In this document: positions 19,135 to 29,133 of the stretch, in pieces
Numbering within the stretch: the stretch's first letter is position 1
Layout of the letters: every line of letters begins with the position of its first letter
Made by a program: the position numbers and the translations under genes
The notes under the pieces: model-generated
Database searches by the model: none
What the model was told of the DNA's origin: nothing
Seen by the model: the letters and a program-made list of their open reading frames with translations, nothing else
Source: Candidatus Bathyarchaeia archaeon
Lineage (GTDB): Archaea > Thermoproteota > Bathyarchaeia > Bathyarchaeales > Bathycorpusculaceae
Assembly: GCA_038883795.1 (NCBI GenBank)
Contig: JAVZLK010000002.1
Location: 32,001 to 96,000 of the forward strand
Length of the DNA: 64,000 nt
Direction of reading: 5' to 3'

Positions 19135-22100
19135 ATGCTTAGGATAGGCGTTTACGTTTGCCACTGTGGCTTAAACATTGCTGGCGTGGTTGATGTAGAG
19201 AAAGTGGCTGAATACGCTGGGAAATTGCATGATGTTGTGGTGGCTAAGCATTATGTTTACATGTGTTCTGAAACTGGACAGCGCATGATTAAAGAAGACA
19301 TTAAGGCACATAATCTTGACAGGATAGTTATCGCCACATGTTCGCCGAGGATGCATGAAGAAACCTTCCGCAAAACTGTTGCTGAAGCAGGCTTAAATCC
19401 TTACTTGCTTGAAATCGTCAATTTAAGAGAGCACGTCTCGTGGGTTCACAGCGAAGAGCCAGAAAAAGCTACAGAAAAGGCGAAAGACCTTGTGAGGGTG
19501 GGTGTAGCCCGTGCGAGATTTTTAGAGCCCTTACAAAGAAGTAAAGTGCCTGCTGAGAAGAGTGTTTTAGTTTTGGGCGGTGGAATAGCGGGAATACAAG
19601 CAGCCCTTGATTTAGCCAATGCGGGCTTGAAGGTTTTTTTGGTGGAGAAGTCTCCAAGCATTGGCGGAAAAATGGCTTTACTTGACAAGACATTTCCAAC
19701 CCTTGATTGTAGTGCATGTATATTAACGCCAAAAATGACCGAAGTGGCAAGGCATCAAAATATACAATTGATAACTTGTGCAGAAGTGGAAAACGTATCG
19801 GGTTTTGTAGGCAACTATGAAGTCTCTATAATAAAAAACCCGAGATATGTGGACGAAGCTAAATGCACAGGTTGTGGCGAATGCGAAAAGGTATGCCCAG
19901 TTGCATTACCGAACGAGTTTGAATTGAAGCTTGCCGAAAGAAAAGCCATTTACAGACCCTACCCCCAAGCAGTTCCAAACGTTTACACCATAGACAAAAA
20001 GGGCACAGCCCGCTGCAGAGCCGCTTGTCCAGCAGGCGTAAACGCTCAAGGCTACGTTGCCCTTATAGCAAAGGGAAAATTCAAAGAAGCCTACGAGTTA
20101 ATTAGAAAAGCCATACCATTCCCCGCGGTTTTGGGAAGAGTTTGTTTTCACCCATGCGAGAACGACTGTGAAAGGGGCGATGTTGAGGAGCCAATTGCAA
20201 TTTGCGCCCTAAAACGTTATGTTGCAGATTACATGATGAGACAACCCCAAGAGAAGCCTACTCGAATTCCACCAAAATATGAAGAAAAAATTGCTGTAAT
20301 AGGTGCGGGTCCAGCGGGGTTAACTGCAGCTTACGAATTAGTTAGAATGGGTTATTCAGTAACAGTTTTTGAGGCTTTGCCAGAACCAGGCGGCATGTTA
20401 AGGATAGGCATACCAGAATATAGGCTTCCAAAAAAGATTTTGGCGAAAGAAGTTGAATATTTGGAAAGTTTAGGTGTTCAAATTCGCACTAATGTAACTA
20501 TTGGTAAAGATTTAAGTTTTGAAGATTTGAATAAAATGGGGTATAAGGCAGTTTTCTTAGCCGTTGGCATGCAAAAAAGCCTAACATTAGGCATTGAAGG
20601 AGAAGAATTACAAGGCGTTTTTCAAGGCGTCGAATTCTTAAAAAATGTGAATTTGGGTAAAAAAGTTGAAGTCGGAGAACGTGTCGCCGTAATAGGCGGT
20701 GGAAACGTCGCTATTGACGTTTCAAGAGTTGCATTACGGTTAGGCGCCAAAAAAGTTTACATTCTGTACAGAAGGTCAAGAGAAGAAATGCCCGCATTCC
20801 AACCAGAAGTTGAGCAAGCAGGAAAGGAAGGTGTTGAATTTCTCTTCCTCAAAGCGCCTAAAAGAATCATCGGCGAAAATGGCAGGGTTGTCGCTGTTGA
20901 ATGTTTTGAAATGATGCTCACCGAACCAGATGAAACAGGAAGAAGAAAACCAGTTCCTATCGAAGGTTCAGAACATGTAATTCCAGTGGACACAGTTATC
21001 ACAACCATAGGTCAAGCTTTAGATGTGGCTTCTCTACCGAAAGGGTTGAAGCTGAACCATGGCACAATAGAAGTTGACCCCAAAACTCTTCAAACAAACA
21101 TACCCAACATATTTGCAGGTGGAGACGCAGTTTTGGGTCCAGCCACAGTTATCGAAGCAGTAGCAGCTGGGAAAAGAGCGGCAATTTCCATCCACAAATA
21201 CTTACGGGGCGAAGACTTGAAAGCTATTGAAGAGGAAGAGCTGCCTCCAGTTAAGATATCGCCTAAAATAGGCATTGAGAAAAAGAAAAGGCAAGCCATG
21301 CCTCTTCTGCCAGTTGAAGAAAGAATTAGAAGTTTTGATGAGGTTGAGTTGGGCCTTAGCGAAGAAATGGCTATCGAAGAAGCGAAACGTTGTCTTGCTT
21401 GTGGCGGCTGCTCCGAATGCCTAGAGTGCGAAAAGATATGTGAAGCAAAGGCAATTGACCACAAACAAAGGCTTCAAAGAATAAACGTGAAAGTTGGTGC
21501 AATAATAATTGCCACTGGAAGCGAACTTTTCGATGCCTCAAAAATCCAAGAATACAGTTTCGGAAAATCCAAAAACATAATCACAAACCTCCAATTTGAA
21601 AGACTATGCAATGCTTCTGGACCCACAAGCGGAAAAATCCTTTGCCCACAAAACGGCAAAACACCAAAAGCCGTGACTTTCATCCAATGTGTAGGTTCAA
21701 GGGATTCGAGGTTTCATGAATATTGTTGTCGTATCGGTTGCATGGCAACATTAAAGCAAGCAATCCTCACTCGAGAAAAACTTGGCAAGGAGGTGGATAT
21801 TTATGTTTGTTTTAATGACATGCGGGCTTTTGGTAAGGGTTATGACGAGTTTTATGGGCGAGCAAGAGAAATGGGCATAAACTTTGTCGCTGGCTTGCCC
21901 TCCGAAATCCGCTGCGCCTCTGATGGTTCGCTTTACTTTGACGTTTATGATAAGGGAACAAACAAGCTCTTAGAACTGCGTTCAGACCTTGTTGTGCTTG
22001 CCAGCGGGCTTGTCCCTAACAGCGACTTGGGAAAAATAAGCAGCATATTCCATGTTTCAAGAAGCGCCGATGGCTTCCTATTAGAAGCCCATCCGAAACT

Positions 22101-22518
22101 TCGCCCTCTGGAAAGTGCAATAACTGGAATTTTCATTGCTGGCACATGCCAAGGTCCAAAAGATATCCCCGATACTGTGGCTCAAGCAAGTGGGGCAGCA
22201 GCAAAAGCCATAGACCTTTTGGCAAGTGGGGAGATTGAGCTTGAACCATTGAAAGCAGTTGTTGACGAAGACTTATGCAGTGGCTGTCGCCTTTGCGAGG
22301 CAATATGCCCATTTGTTGCCATAGAGATGAAAACTGAAACTTTGGATGGTGCTGAAAGGGTTAGGGCTGAGGTTGTAGAAGCCATGTGTCAAGGCTGTGG
22401 TTTATGCGTTTCAGCTTGTCCCACTAAGGCTATTATAATGCGCCATTACACTGATGAGCAATTCCTTGCGCAGGTTAAGGCTGCATGTTTAGAAACGGAA
22501 GCCCTTGGAGGTGGCTAA
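19135..22518 (+). CDS. hdrA: Heterodisulfide reductase A-like protein with inserted NAD(P)-binding GltD-like module (HdrL type)
   Basis: GVYVCHCG, DKTFPTLDCS.C, inserted CRAACP...GAGPAG...GIPEYRLP...GGGNVA...YRR, QCVGSRD, GPKDIP, ferredoxin motifs. Confidence 0.88.
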   Translation: MLRIGVYVCHCGLNIAGVVDVEKVAEYAGKLHDVVVAKHYVYMCSETGQRMIKEDIKAHNLDRIVIATCSPRMHEETFRKTVAEAGLNPYLLEIVNLREHVSWVHSEEPEKATEKAKDLVRVGVARARFLEPLQRSKVPAEKSVLVLGGGIAGIQAALDLANAGLKVFLVEKSPSIGGKMALLDKTFPTLDCSACILTPKMTEVARHQNIQLITCAEVENVSGFVGNYEVSIIKNPRYVDEAKCTGCGECEKVCPVALPNEFELKLAERKAIYRPYPQAVPNVYTIDKKGTARCRAACPAGVNAQGYVALIAKGKFKEAYELIRKAIPFPAVLGRVCFHPCENDCERGDVEEPIAICALKRYVADYMMRQPQEKPTRIPPKYEEKIAVIGAGPAGLTAAYELVRMGYSVTVFEALPEPGGMLRIGIPEYRLPKKILAKEVEYLESLGVQIRTNVTIGKDLSFEDLNKMGYKAVFLAVGMQKSLTLGIEGEELQGVFQGVEFLKNVNLGKKVEVGERVAVIGGGNVAIDVSRVALRLGAKKVYILYRRSREEMPAFQPEVEQAGKEGVEFLFLKAPKRIIGENGRVVAVECFEMMLTEPDETGRRKPVPIEGSEHVIPVDTVITTIGQALDVASLPKGLKLNHGTIEVDPKTLQTNIPNIFAGGDAVLGPATVIEAVAAGKRAAISIHKYLRGEDLKAIEEEELPPVKISPKIGIEKKKRQAMPLLPVEERIRSFDEVELGLSEEMAIEEAKRCLACGGCSECLECEKICEAKAIDHKQRLQRINVKVGAIIIATGSELFDASKIQEYSFGKSKNIITNLQFERLCNASGPTSGKILCPQNGKTPKAVTFIQCVGSRDSRFHEYCCRIGCMATLKQAILTREKLGKEVDIYVCFNDMRAFGKGYDEFYGRAREMGINFVAGLPSEIRCASDGSLYFDVYDKGTNKLLELRSDLVVLASGLVPNSDLGKISSIFHVSRSADGFLLEAHPKLRPLESAITGIFIAGTCQGPKDIPDTVAQASGAAAKAIDLLASGEIELEPLKAVVDEDLCSGCRLCEAICPFVAIEMKTETLDGAERVRAEVVEAMCQGCGLCVSACPTKAIIMRHYTDEQFLAQVKAACLETEALGGG

Positions 22519-22520
22519 AT

Positions 22521-23030
22521 TTGGGCTTGACTGATTTGATGTCTATGGCTAAATCAAACGCAGAAGCCCGCGAAAAAATCTTGTCAAAACTTGGTGGAAA
22601 AGAGCTTGTCAACTGTTTTCAGTGTATGAAGTGTACAAGTGGATGCACCGCCCTAAAACTTTTGGAGTTAAAACCTCATGAGATTGTGAAACTCGTGAAT
22701 TTGGGCTTTGTTGATGAGTTGACGGCTTCCGACATAATTTGGACTTGCGCCACATGCCTAAAATGTGTTGAGCGGTGTCCCCAAAAGGCTTCCCCCTACC
22801 ATGTGATTATCGCATTGCGAAATCTTGCAGTTGAGAGAGAGACCAAAGTGCCAGAAGGATATTTGAAAGCTGTTTCGCAAATTCTTGAGACGGGTTTAGC
22901 GGAAACTGTTCAAAAAGTTGTGACGAAAAAAATGGAGACTTTTGACCGTGAAAACCTAAAACTGCCAAAAATTACTCTACCTAAAGAAGGTTTTCAATCT
23001 GCTTTTATGAAAATGCTGGAGGAGAAATAA
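22521..23030 (+). CDS. hdrC: Heterodisulfide reductase subunit C
   Basis: CFQCMKCTSGC and CATCLKCVERCP; SD GGAGGT before TTG 22521. Confidence 0.88.
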   Translation: MGLTDLMSMAKSNAEAREKILSKLGGKELVNCFQCMKCTSGCTALKLLELKPHEIVKLVNLGFVDELTASDIIWTCATCLKCVERCPQKASPYHVIIALRNLAVERETKVPEGYLKAVSQILETGLAETVQKVVTKKMETFDRENLKLPKITLPKEGFQSAFMKMLEEK

Positions 23031-23031
23031 A

Positions 23032-23901
23032 ATGAAGGTTGCTGTTTTTTGGGGTTGTCGAATATTAACAAGCCAATACGCTTATGAAATGTCGATGAGG
23101 GAAGTTTTTCCAAGGCTAAATGTTGAACTTGTGGATTTGCCTGAAACCAACTGTTGTGGAGACCCTGTTAAAAGCATGAACGATTCAGCAGCAAATTATT
23201 TGGCAGCGAGAATTTTAGCCTTAACAAACAAAACTGGCTTAGAAAATCTGCTCGTTCCATGTAATCGTTGCCACTTCGCAATTTCTGAGGCAAAGGATGC
23301 CATAAACAAAAATGAAAAAATCGGTAAGAAAATTATTGAATTATTAAAGGAGGAAGGTTTACAATATAATTCTCATATCAAAATTTGGCATCTAATCGAC
23401 TTTTTACATGATTTTGTTGGCTTGGACGGTGTTAAAGTGGCGGTGCAGAAACCCCTTAATGGTTTAAAATTTGCCACACATGTTGGTTGCCAGATTATAC
23501 GTTACACCGACTTGGGCAGAGTTGACAATTCGGAAAATCCGAGGAAACTGGATGAGCTTGTGCGCATTTTGGGGGCAGAAACAGTGGATTATGCTGAAAA
23601 ATTGGACTGTTGCGGTGCCGCTTTGCTGCATAGCCATCCAGACTCTGCCCTTTCTTTGGCTGGTGCAAAAATTAAGGCTTTACAGAATTTGGCTGTGGAT
23701 GGTTTGGTTGTTTCTTGTCCAGAATGTGGTTTAATGTTTGACGCTAAACAGAAGGACGCTCAAGCAGTTGTTGGAGCAAAACTTGGCATGCCCGTGTTAT
23801 ATTATACGCAGTTGTTAGGCTTAGCCCTAAACATTGGAGTGGAGAAGCTTGGTTTGCATTTAAACCAAAGTCCAGTTGAAAACTTTTGCCGCTGTTTCTA
23901 A
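23032..23901 (+). CDS. hdrB: Heterodisulfide reductase subunit B
   Basis: Two CCG domains (GC..CCG..CNRC; HVGC..CCG..CPEC), YYTQLLGLA. Confidence 0.9.
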   Translation: MKVAVFWGCRILTSQYAYEMSMREVFPRLNVELVDLPETNCCGDPVKSMNDSAANYLAARILALTNKTGLENLLVPCNRCHFAISEAKDAINKNEKIGKKIIELLKEEGLQYNSHIKIWHLIDFLHDFVGLDGVKVAVQKPLNGLKFATHVGCQIIRYTDLGRVDNSENPRKLDELVRILGAETVDYAEKLDCCGAALLHSHPDSALSLAGAKIKALQNLAVDGLVVSCPECGLMFDAKQKDAQAVVGAKLGMPVLYYTQLLGLALNIGVEKLGLHLNQSPVENFCRCF

Positions 23902-24015
23902 TGTAAATTTTTAAGCGATTTGTAAATTACATTTACGCTAAAGTATTTTCGGTAAATACTATATATGCAAATGGAATATATCATTCAAGCAGTCTAAATA
24001 TTTTTGGTGACATAA

Positions 24016-24264
24016 GTGGGACAACTAGAAACGCTAAACCTTCAGAAAGTCAACGAAAAATCCAACATAGTAGGGGTTAGGCCATTTAAATGTAATAATC
24101 ACATGGTGCACAACATCAAAGTAATCGAATATGCGGATGGTTCAATATGGGTTTCATGCCCACTTTTCGGCTGGTACACTGAAAACTGTTATGGAAAAGC
24201 TATTTTAAAACTTGGGTGTAAAGAAAGAAAGAAACGGTGCACTTGGTATATAGGTACACGCTAA
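24016..24264 (+). CDS. Small Cys-rich hypothetical protein
   Basis: 82 aa, 5 Cys, SD GGTGA before GTG. Confidence 0.5.
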   Translation: MGQLETLNLQKVNEKSNIVGVRPFKCNNHMVHNIKVIEYADGSIWVSCPLFGWYTENCYGKAILKLGCKERKKRCTWYIGTR

Positions 24265-24349
24265 CAAACTCTTAACAAAATTTTGCTGAAAAAGCTGAAC
24301 AACTCTTTTATATCCCAACTTTAGTAGTTAGGCTTCAAGGTGAAAGTTT

Positions 24350-25567
24350 ATGGTAGATTTCGCTTTCACAGAAGAACAAGAACTCTTTCGCAACGCCCTA
24401 AAAGAATGGTGCCAAAAAAGTTTACCACTAGAAAAAATTCGGGAGTTTGACAGAAACGGCGAGATTCCAAAGGAAATAATAAAACAGATGGCTGATTTGG
24501 GCTTGCTTGTTATGACTGCACCGCAAGAGCATGGCGGGACAGGGGCTGACTGGGTTACCGCCTGTATCGCCGGAGAAGAGTTAGGTTATGCTGACATAAG
24601 CATTGCCATTCCAGTTTTTTGGCTTGTGGAATCCTCCTGGGGTTTTGTTGTCGACAGATACTGCACTGAAGAAGTTCGCGAAGCAGTTATCCGTCCAGCA
24701 ATAAAAGGTGAAGCCTTCATCGGTATTGCCTCCACAGAGTCTGGCGGAGGCTCCGATGTCGCCGCCTTCAAATCCACAGCCCGTAAAGAAGGAAACGATT
24801 GGGTTTTGAATGGAGAGAAAATGTATATCAGCGGAACAGAAGAAGCCAAAAAACTCGGCGGAGGCTACTTCGTCATCGCCAGAACCTCACCTGCACCACC
24901 AGAAGCCCCCCATCGTGGGATGACAGGCTTTTACCTGCCAATAAATGCGTCTGGGGTTGAAATTAACAAGCGCTTTGATGACATGGGAAGGATGGCGATT
25001 TCCACGGGCGGTTTTATGATGAAAAATGTTAGGATACCAGACTCGTACCGCATTGGCGAAGTGGATAAGGGCTTCTATTTGACTATGGAAGGCTTTGACA
25101 ATGCACGAATACTGATAGCTGCAGTTTGTGTTGGAGCTGCAAAAAGAGCGCTTGAAATTGGTATGGAATACATTAAAGAGCGGAAGGCCTTCGGCAGACC
25201 CATCGGCAAGTTTGAAGGAATACAATTTGAATTGGCTGATGACTGGGCGCAACTTGAAGCATTGCGTTCACTCACTTATCGAACCGCATGGATGAACGAC
25301 AAAAAGTACAAAGAAGGCAAATTCACTCCTCTGGAAGTGAGCAGAATGATTGCTGCTTGCAAACTGATGGCACCACATTTCGCCTTCGACGTTTTCAAAC
25401 ACGCCATGATTTGGCTTGGCGCCTACGGTTACACAAAAGAATGCCCATTAGAAATGGGATTACGTGGAATAATGTCCTACTGCGTCGGAGCAGAAGGAGC
25501 CACAAACATTCAAAGAATAGTCATAGCCAGAGAACTTTTGGGCAAAGAATACATACCCTACAAATAA
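24350..25567 (+). CDS. Acyl-CoA dehydrogenase
   Basis: TE..GGSD, LNGEKMYIS, ERKAFGRPI, GAYGY, GATNIQR. Confidence 0.92.
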   Translation: MVDFAFTEEQELFRNALKEWCQKSLPLEKIREFDRNGEIPKEIIKQMADLGLLVMTAPQEHGGTGADWVTACIAGEELGYADISIAIPVFWLVESSWGFVVDRYCTEEVREAVIRPAIKGEAFIGIASTESGGGSDVAAFKSTARKEGNDWVLNGEKMYISGTEEAKKLGGGYFVIARTSPAPPEAPHRGMTGFYLPINASGVEINKRFDDMGRMAISTGGFMMKNVRIPDSYRIGEVDKGFYLTMEGFDNARILIAAVCVGAAKRALEIGMEYIKERKAFGRPIGKFEGIQFELADDWAQLEALRSLTYRTAWMNDKKYKEGKFTPLEVSRMIAACKLMAPHFAFDVFKHAMIWLGAYGYTKECPLEMGLRGIMSYCVGAEGATNIQRIVIARELLGKEYIPYK

Positions 25568-26048
25568 TCCGCACCATCTACATTTTTCTTTCTTTATGGA
25601 GTTTAAGCATAACCGTAAAAAATCATCTATATTTAGCCCAAAGTCTTCACATTTTAACACATTGGTTTTGTACCATGGGCACACTTAATTCTTCAGCTTC
25701 CATTCTCATATTCTCTATTAGACTTGCTAGGGAATCTGTTGCTATCAATGCCTTGTCAAGCTTGCTTTTTGGTTTAATTCCGCTTCTGTAATCATGAGCC
25801 TTAATAGCATAAAGACATTTTTTGGGTAATTTTCCCTTCAGCATTTCAGCAGCAACAACACCATGCATTTTCATGTCATCTTTAACCCTATCATAATCCA
25901 AATCATGCAATAGCCCAACCAACATCCACTCCTCTCCATTTTCATTTAACGCCTTCGCCAACTCTTTCATCATACAAGAAACCATCAAAACATGAGAATA
26001 CTTACTTGTACTCTTAACAAGCCTCAACGCTTCATCTTTGGATATCAT
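25460..26048 (-). pseudogene. HDIG-domain protein, frameshifted near 25680
   Basis: GLLHDLDY...HG...IKAH in one frame; plausible C-terminus PWYKTNVLKCEDFGLNIDDFLRLCL in another. Confidence 0.55.
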
Positions 26049-26091
26049 AAACTATTACAAAATAACAACCCATTTATTTAATTATTTTAGT

Positions 26092-26137
26092 GAAAAACTA
26101 GAGGGTAAGGTCCGTATTGGTTGATTTTAAAGCCAAA
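26092..26137. repeat. Dispersed ~46-bp intergenic repeat, copy A
   Basis: Matches the reverse complement of 44297-44343 with 3 mismatches and 1 indel. Confidence 0.85.
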
Positions 26138-26180
26138 CGAACATAGAAAGCACTAAAGCGTCAGTTCGCTTTGAAACATT

Positions 26181-26474
26181 TTAAAGCATAAGCTTTAAAG
26201 CTTCCGCGCCTTTCATTCCAACTTTAACGCCAAACGTTTCAGCTTTACTTGTTACAGCTTTAACACTTGCATTCAAAACGTCGTCAAAGGTTTTAACGCC
26301 ACTAACCATGGCGGCAGCCACGCCCAAACGTTCAGCAGCGTCCATGTTCAAAAACCCGCACATGACAAAACCCCTATCTGCTATGATAACTAAAAGCGGC
26401 GGCGAATCTGGAAGTTCAACACGCAAACCCAAACATGCTTTGCCATCAACTTTTAAGGACGCCACATTAATCAT
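26181..26474 (-). CDS. DUF1805 / YunC family protein
   Basis: GFVMCGFLN...AAMVSGVKT...GVKVGMKG.EAL. Confidence 0.85.
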   Translation of the reverse strand: MINVASLKVDGKACLGLRVELPDSPPLLVIIADRGFVMCGFLNMDAAERLGVAAAMVSGVKTFDDVLNASVKAVTSKAETFGVKVGMKGAEALKLML

Positions 26475-26558
26475 AGCCCAACACCCTTTTGCTAAACAAA
26501 TTTATCTTACATGCCCACTTAAATAACAATCGCTCCAGAAATAGACGGCGACGCTCAT

Positions 26559-27173
26559 ATGCTTACAAAACTTAAAGAAAGAATCCAAAAAATGCTCCTT
26601 GCCGAGGCGCAAGCAGCCCACAAAATAGGCTTAACACCTAACAGGATAAGCCTAATTGGCATAATCTTAGCCTTTCTTTCAGCCATGGCATATTTACAGT
26701 GGCAAACAAACACGCTTTACCTCTTCCTCGCCACAATTCTCCTTTTGCTCTCGGGTTTTTGTGACGCATTAGACGGCGTAATAGCCAGAACATACCAAAA
26801 GGCAACATGCTTTGGCGGTTTCTTAGACTCTTTATTGGATAGGTATGCCGACGCCATAGTTTATACTGGAATAATTTTGGGCGGATTATGTGAAGCCATA
26901 TGGGGTTTGATAGCCCTAATTGGCTCTTTATTAGTGAGTTACAGTCGTGCAAGAGCCGAAGCCGCTGGAATAAAAATGGAGTCGATAGGTTTAGCTGAAA
27001 GGGCAGAACGCATAATCGTATTGGCTATTACAACCATAATAGCATTCCTTTGGCAAACGCAAACCCAAGCAGTAATGAACGCCGGCATAATTTTACTCGC
27101 AATCCTAACGAACCTAACAGTATTGCAAAGAAGTTTGCATGTTTATAAAAGACTAAAATCTTCTGGGACGTAA
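26559..27173 (+). CDS. CDP-alcohol phosphatidyltransferase (archaetidylinositol phosphate synthase-like)
   Basis: DALDG..AR...G.FLDS.LDRYAD, SY.RARAE. Confidence 0.88.
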   Translation: MLTKLKERIQKMLLAEAQAAHKIGLTPNRISLIGIILAFLSAMAYLQWQTNTLYLFLATILLLLSGFCDALDGVIARTYQKATCFGGFLDSLLDRYADAIVYTGIILGGLCEAIWGLIALIGSLLVSYSRARAEAAGIKMESIGLAERAERIIVLAITTIIAFLWQTQTQAVMNAGIILLAILTNLTVLQRSLHVYKRLKSSGT

Positions 27174-27446
27174 ACGGCTGCGCCTTTCTTCCCTAGCTCT
27201 AACCTTCACAATACCACGATGCACTGCGCAAGAAATACAATAATACTTAGTGTCAATCCATGAAGACAAATAGGTGCCCTTCTGACGAAGCTCCTTAGCC
27301 AACTGGGGATCAACAATCGAGCGCCTAGTGGTAACCTTTTTGGCTTTATCTCGAGGAACCAGTTGTCCACACATGGCGCATTGAACAGCACCACTAAGAC
27401 CTTTGCCGCCTTTCGAACGTCCCCGACTCTTTCTTTTATAAGGCAA
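27153..27446 (-). CDS. rps26e: 30S ribosomal protein S26e
   Basis: MPYKRKSRGRSK...C..CG..VPRDKAKK...YC.SCAVH..IV.VR; start TTG 27446. Confidence 0.95.
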   Translation of the reverse strand: MPYKRKSRGRSKGGKGLSGAVQCAMCGQLVPRDKAKKVTTRRSIVDPQLAKELRQKGTYLSSWIDTKYYCISCAVHRGIVKVRAREERRSRLRPRRF

Positions 27447-27492
27447 ATTTCCTCTACTCCTCAAATGCTAAAAACAATAAGGCGAAGCCACC

Positions 27493-28383
27493 TTATATAT
27501 CTGTCCTCAACTTCAAAATCGAAGCAATATTAGCCTTAGCATCAATTTTTGGAATAATTTTCCCGGTTGAAGATGTGAAAAGGGTTGTAACTCCAGGTCC
27601 GTGGCCGGAAGTAACGCAGTTTGTGTGGACAACAATACCAACGGATACAGCGCCTTTCCTGTATATTCGCCCGTAAGAGTGGTCTGCGTCCAAGATTGCC
27701 ACTAAATCGCCAAGTCTCAAATCGTCAAGCCCATACTCCTTCCGAGTTTCTTCATCAAAGAGTTGAATGTCATAATCTCCAGAATATGTTTGGTTCGCCC
27801 CCAAACCAGAACCCATTATAGCCGCTGGAATAACATGCGTAACAGGAACCTCTAATTTGTCGCCGTTTGGCTTGGGATCTAATGCCTCGAGAAAACGTGG
27901 GTCCATATTCATAACCTTCACTTCTGGAAAATCCAAAAGTTTTAAGCCTACGCCGAAAGCTTTAACGAGAACTTTGTCGCCTAACATGAGCTTTTCAAGG
28001 GTTTCGGGTTGAAAATCAACTAGCACATGTTCTATTCCGCCATGCTTCCCTGTTACAACTCCTTTTGCGCCTTTGGCTTCGCCTCCAACAACCAATGCCT
28101 CGTTTCCAACACATGAAAGCACGTTAAAAGCTGTGTTTGCGCCCTGTCCATAACGTGGGTCATTCTCTTTATTCTCTAAGCTTACGCCCGGTTCAACGTG
28201 GTCTGCTTCCCATCCGCATGCGGGATCGCCCACACGCACATTATATGTGATTCCGCCGACGCCTGGCAAAACCATGGGAATTCCTTGGGCAGAAACCCTG
28301 TAGATGTCTCTTCCATAAACTGGGCTGGCTACTTCGCCTACTACAGATATTTTCACCAATTTTTCAACGTTTGTTTTTAACGT
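27493..28383 (-). CDS. DUF4438 family protein (probable ACG start at 28383; first canonical start 28359)
   Basis: GGITYNV.VGD, DHVEPGVS, GKHGG, GHGPG. Confidence 0.8.
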   Translation of the reverse strand, partial: TLKTNVEKLVKISVVGEVASPVYGRDIYRVSAQGIPMVLPGVGGITYNVRVGDPACGWEADHVEPGVSLENKENDPRYGQGANTAFNVLSCVGNEALVVGGEAKGAKGVVTGKHGGIEHVLVDFQPETLEKLMLGDKVLVKAFGVGLKLLDFPEVKVMNMDPRFLEALDPKPNGDKLEVPVTHVIPAAIMGSGLGANQTYSGDYDIQLFDEETRKEYGLDDLRLGDLVAILDADHSYGRIYRKGAVSVGIVVHTNCVTSGHGPGVTTLFTSSTGKIIPKIDAKANIASILKLRTDI

Positions 28384-28536
28384 TTACTATTCCTCCCTGT
28401 GTTAGACTGAACCTTTTGGCAAAACATCTTAATTAGTTTTTTATGTGACACGGCAAGTTTTAAAAGTGTGTTGTTTATTTTGAGTTGAGTGAAGCTTTAA
28501 ACTAAAAAGGGCAAAGGCTTTCAGTGGTTGAAGGGA

Positions 28537-29124
28537 ATGGCTGAAATTGGATTAAGGTCGAGGATGCTGGTAAGAGATGTTATGAGCAGTCCAGTTATAA
28601 CCATAGAAGAAGATGCACCTGTTAACAAGGCTGCAGAATTGATGGAAAAGCATGGTTTGGGCTGCATAATAGTAACGAACAAGGAAGGAAAACCATTAGG
28701 GATAATAACCGAAAGAGACTTGGTTGCCAGAGTTTTAGCAAGAAATATTAAGCCGGATTCTCTCCAAACAAAAGAGGTTATGACCTCGCCCTTAATCACC
28801 ATAGAGCCTCATGAAACAATTAATGAAGCAGCAAGAAGAATGAGTCGTCTAAACATAAGAAGGTTAGGAGTCGTTTATAAGGGACAGCTTATTGGGTTGG
28901 TTTCAAGCAAAGACATTTTGGCAGTTATGCCAGAACTTGTGGAAACAATCCAGGAACGGGCACTTATAGAAGGTGAAAATAGAGTTCAAGAAAGCGCTGA
29001 GGAATCCACGCCTCTTGCTGGTTATTGTGACCGCTGCGGTGGATGGTCTGAGGATTTAAAAGAGGTTAATGGAGAATTTGTTTGTGAAGATTGTAGGGTG
29101 GAGTTAGAAGAAGAGGAAGGGTGA
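28537..29124 (+). CDS. CBS domain protein with C-terminal zinc ribbon
   Basis: CBS pair, GIITERD; CDRC...CEDC. Confidence 0.88.
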   Translation: MAEIGLRSRMLVRDVMSSPVITIEEDAPVNKAAELMEKHGLGCIIVTNKEGKPLGIITERDLVARVLARNIKPDSLQTKEVMTSPLITIEPHETINEAARRMSRLNIRRLGVVYKGQLIGLVSSKDILAVMPELVETIQERALIEGENRVQESAEESTPLAGYCDRCGGWSEDLKEVNGEFVCEDCRVELEEEEG

Positions 29125-29133
29125 GGGCGATTT

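Noticed and set aside
19135-22518. Selenocysteine in HdrA
   Set aside because: The ORF is uninterrupted, with Cys at the expected positions.
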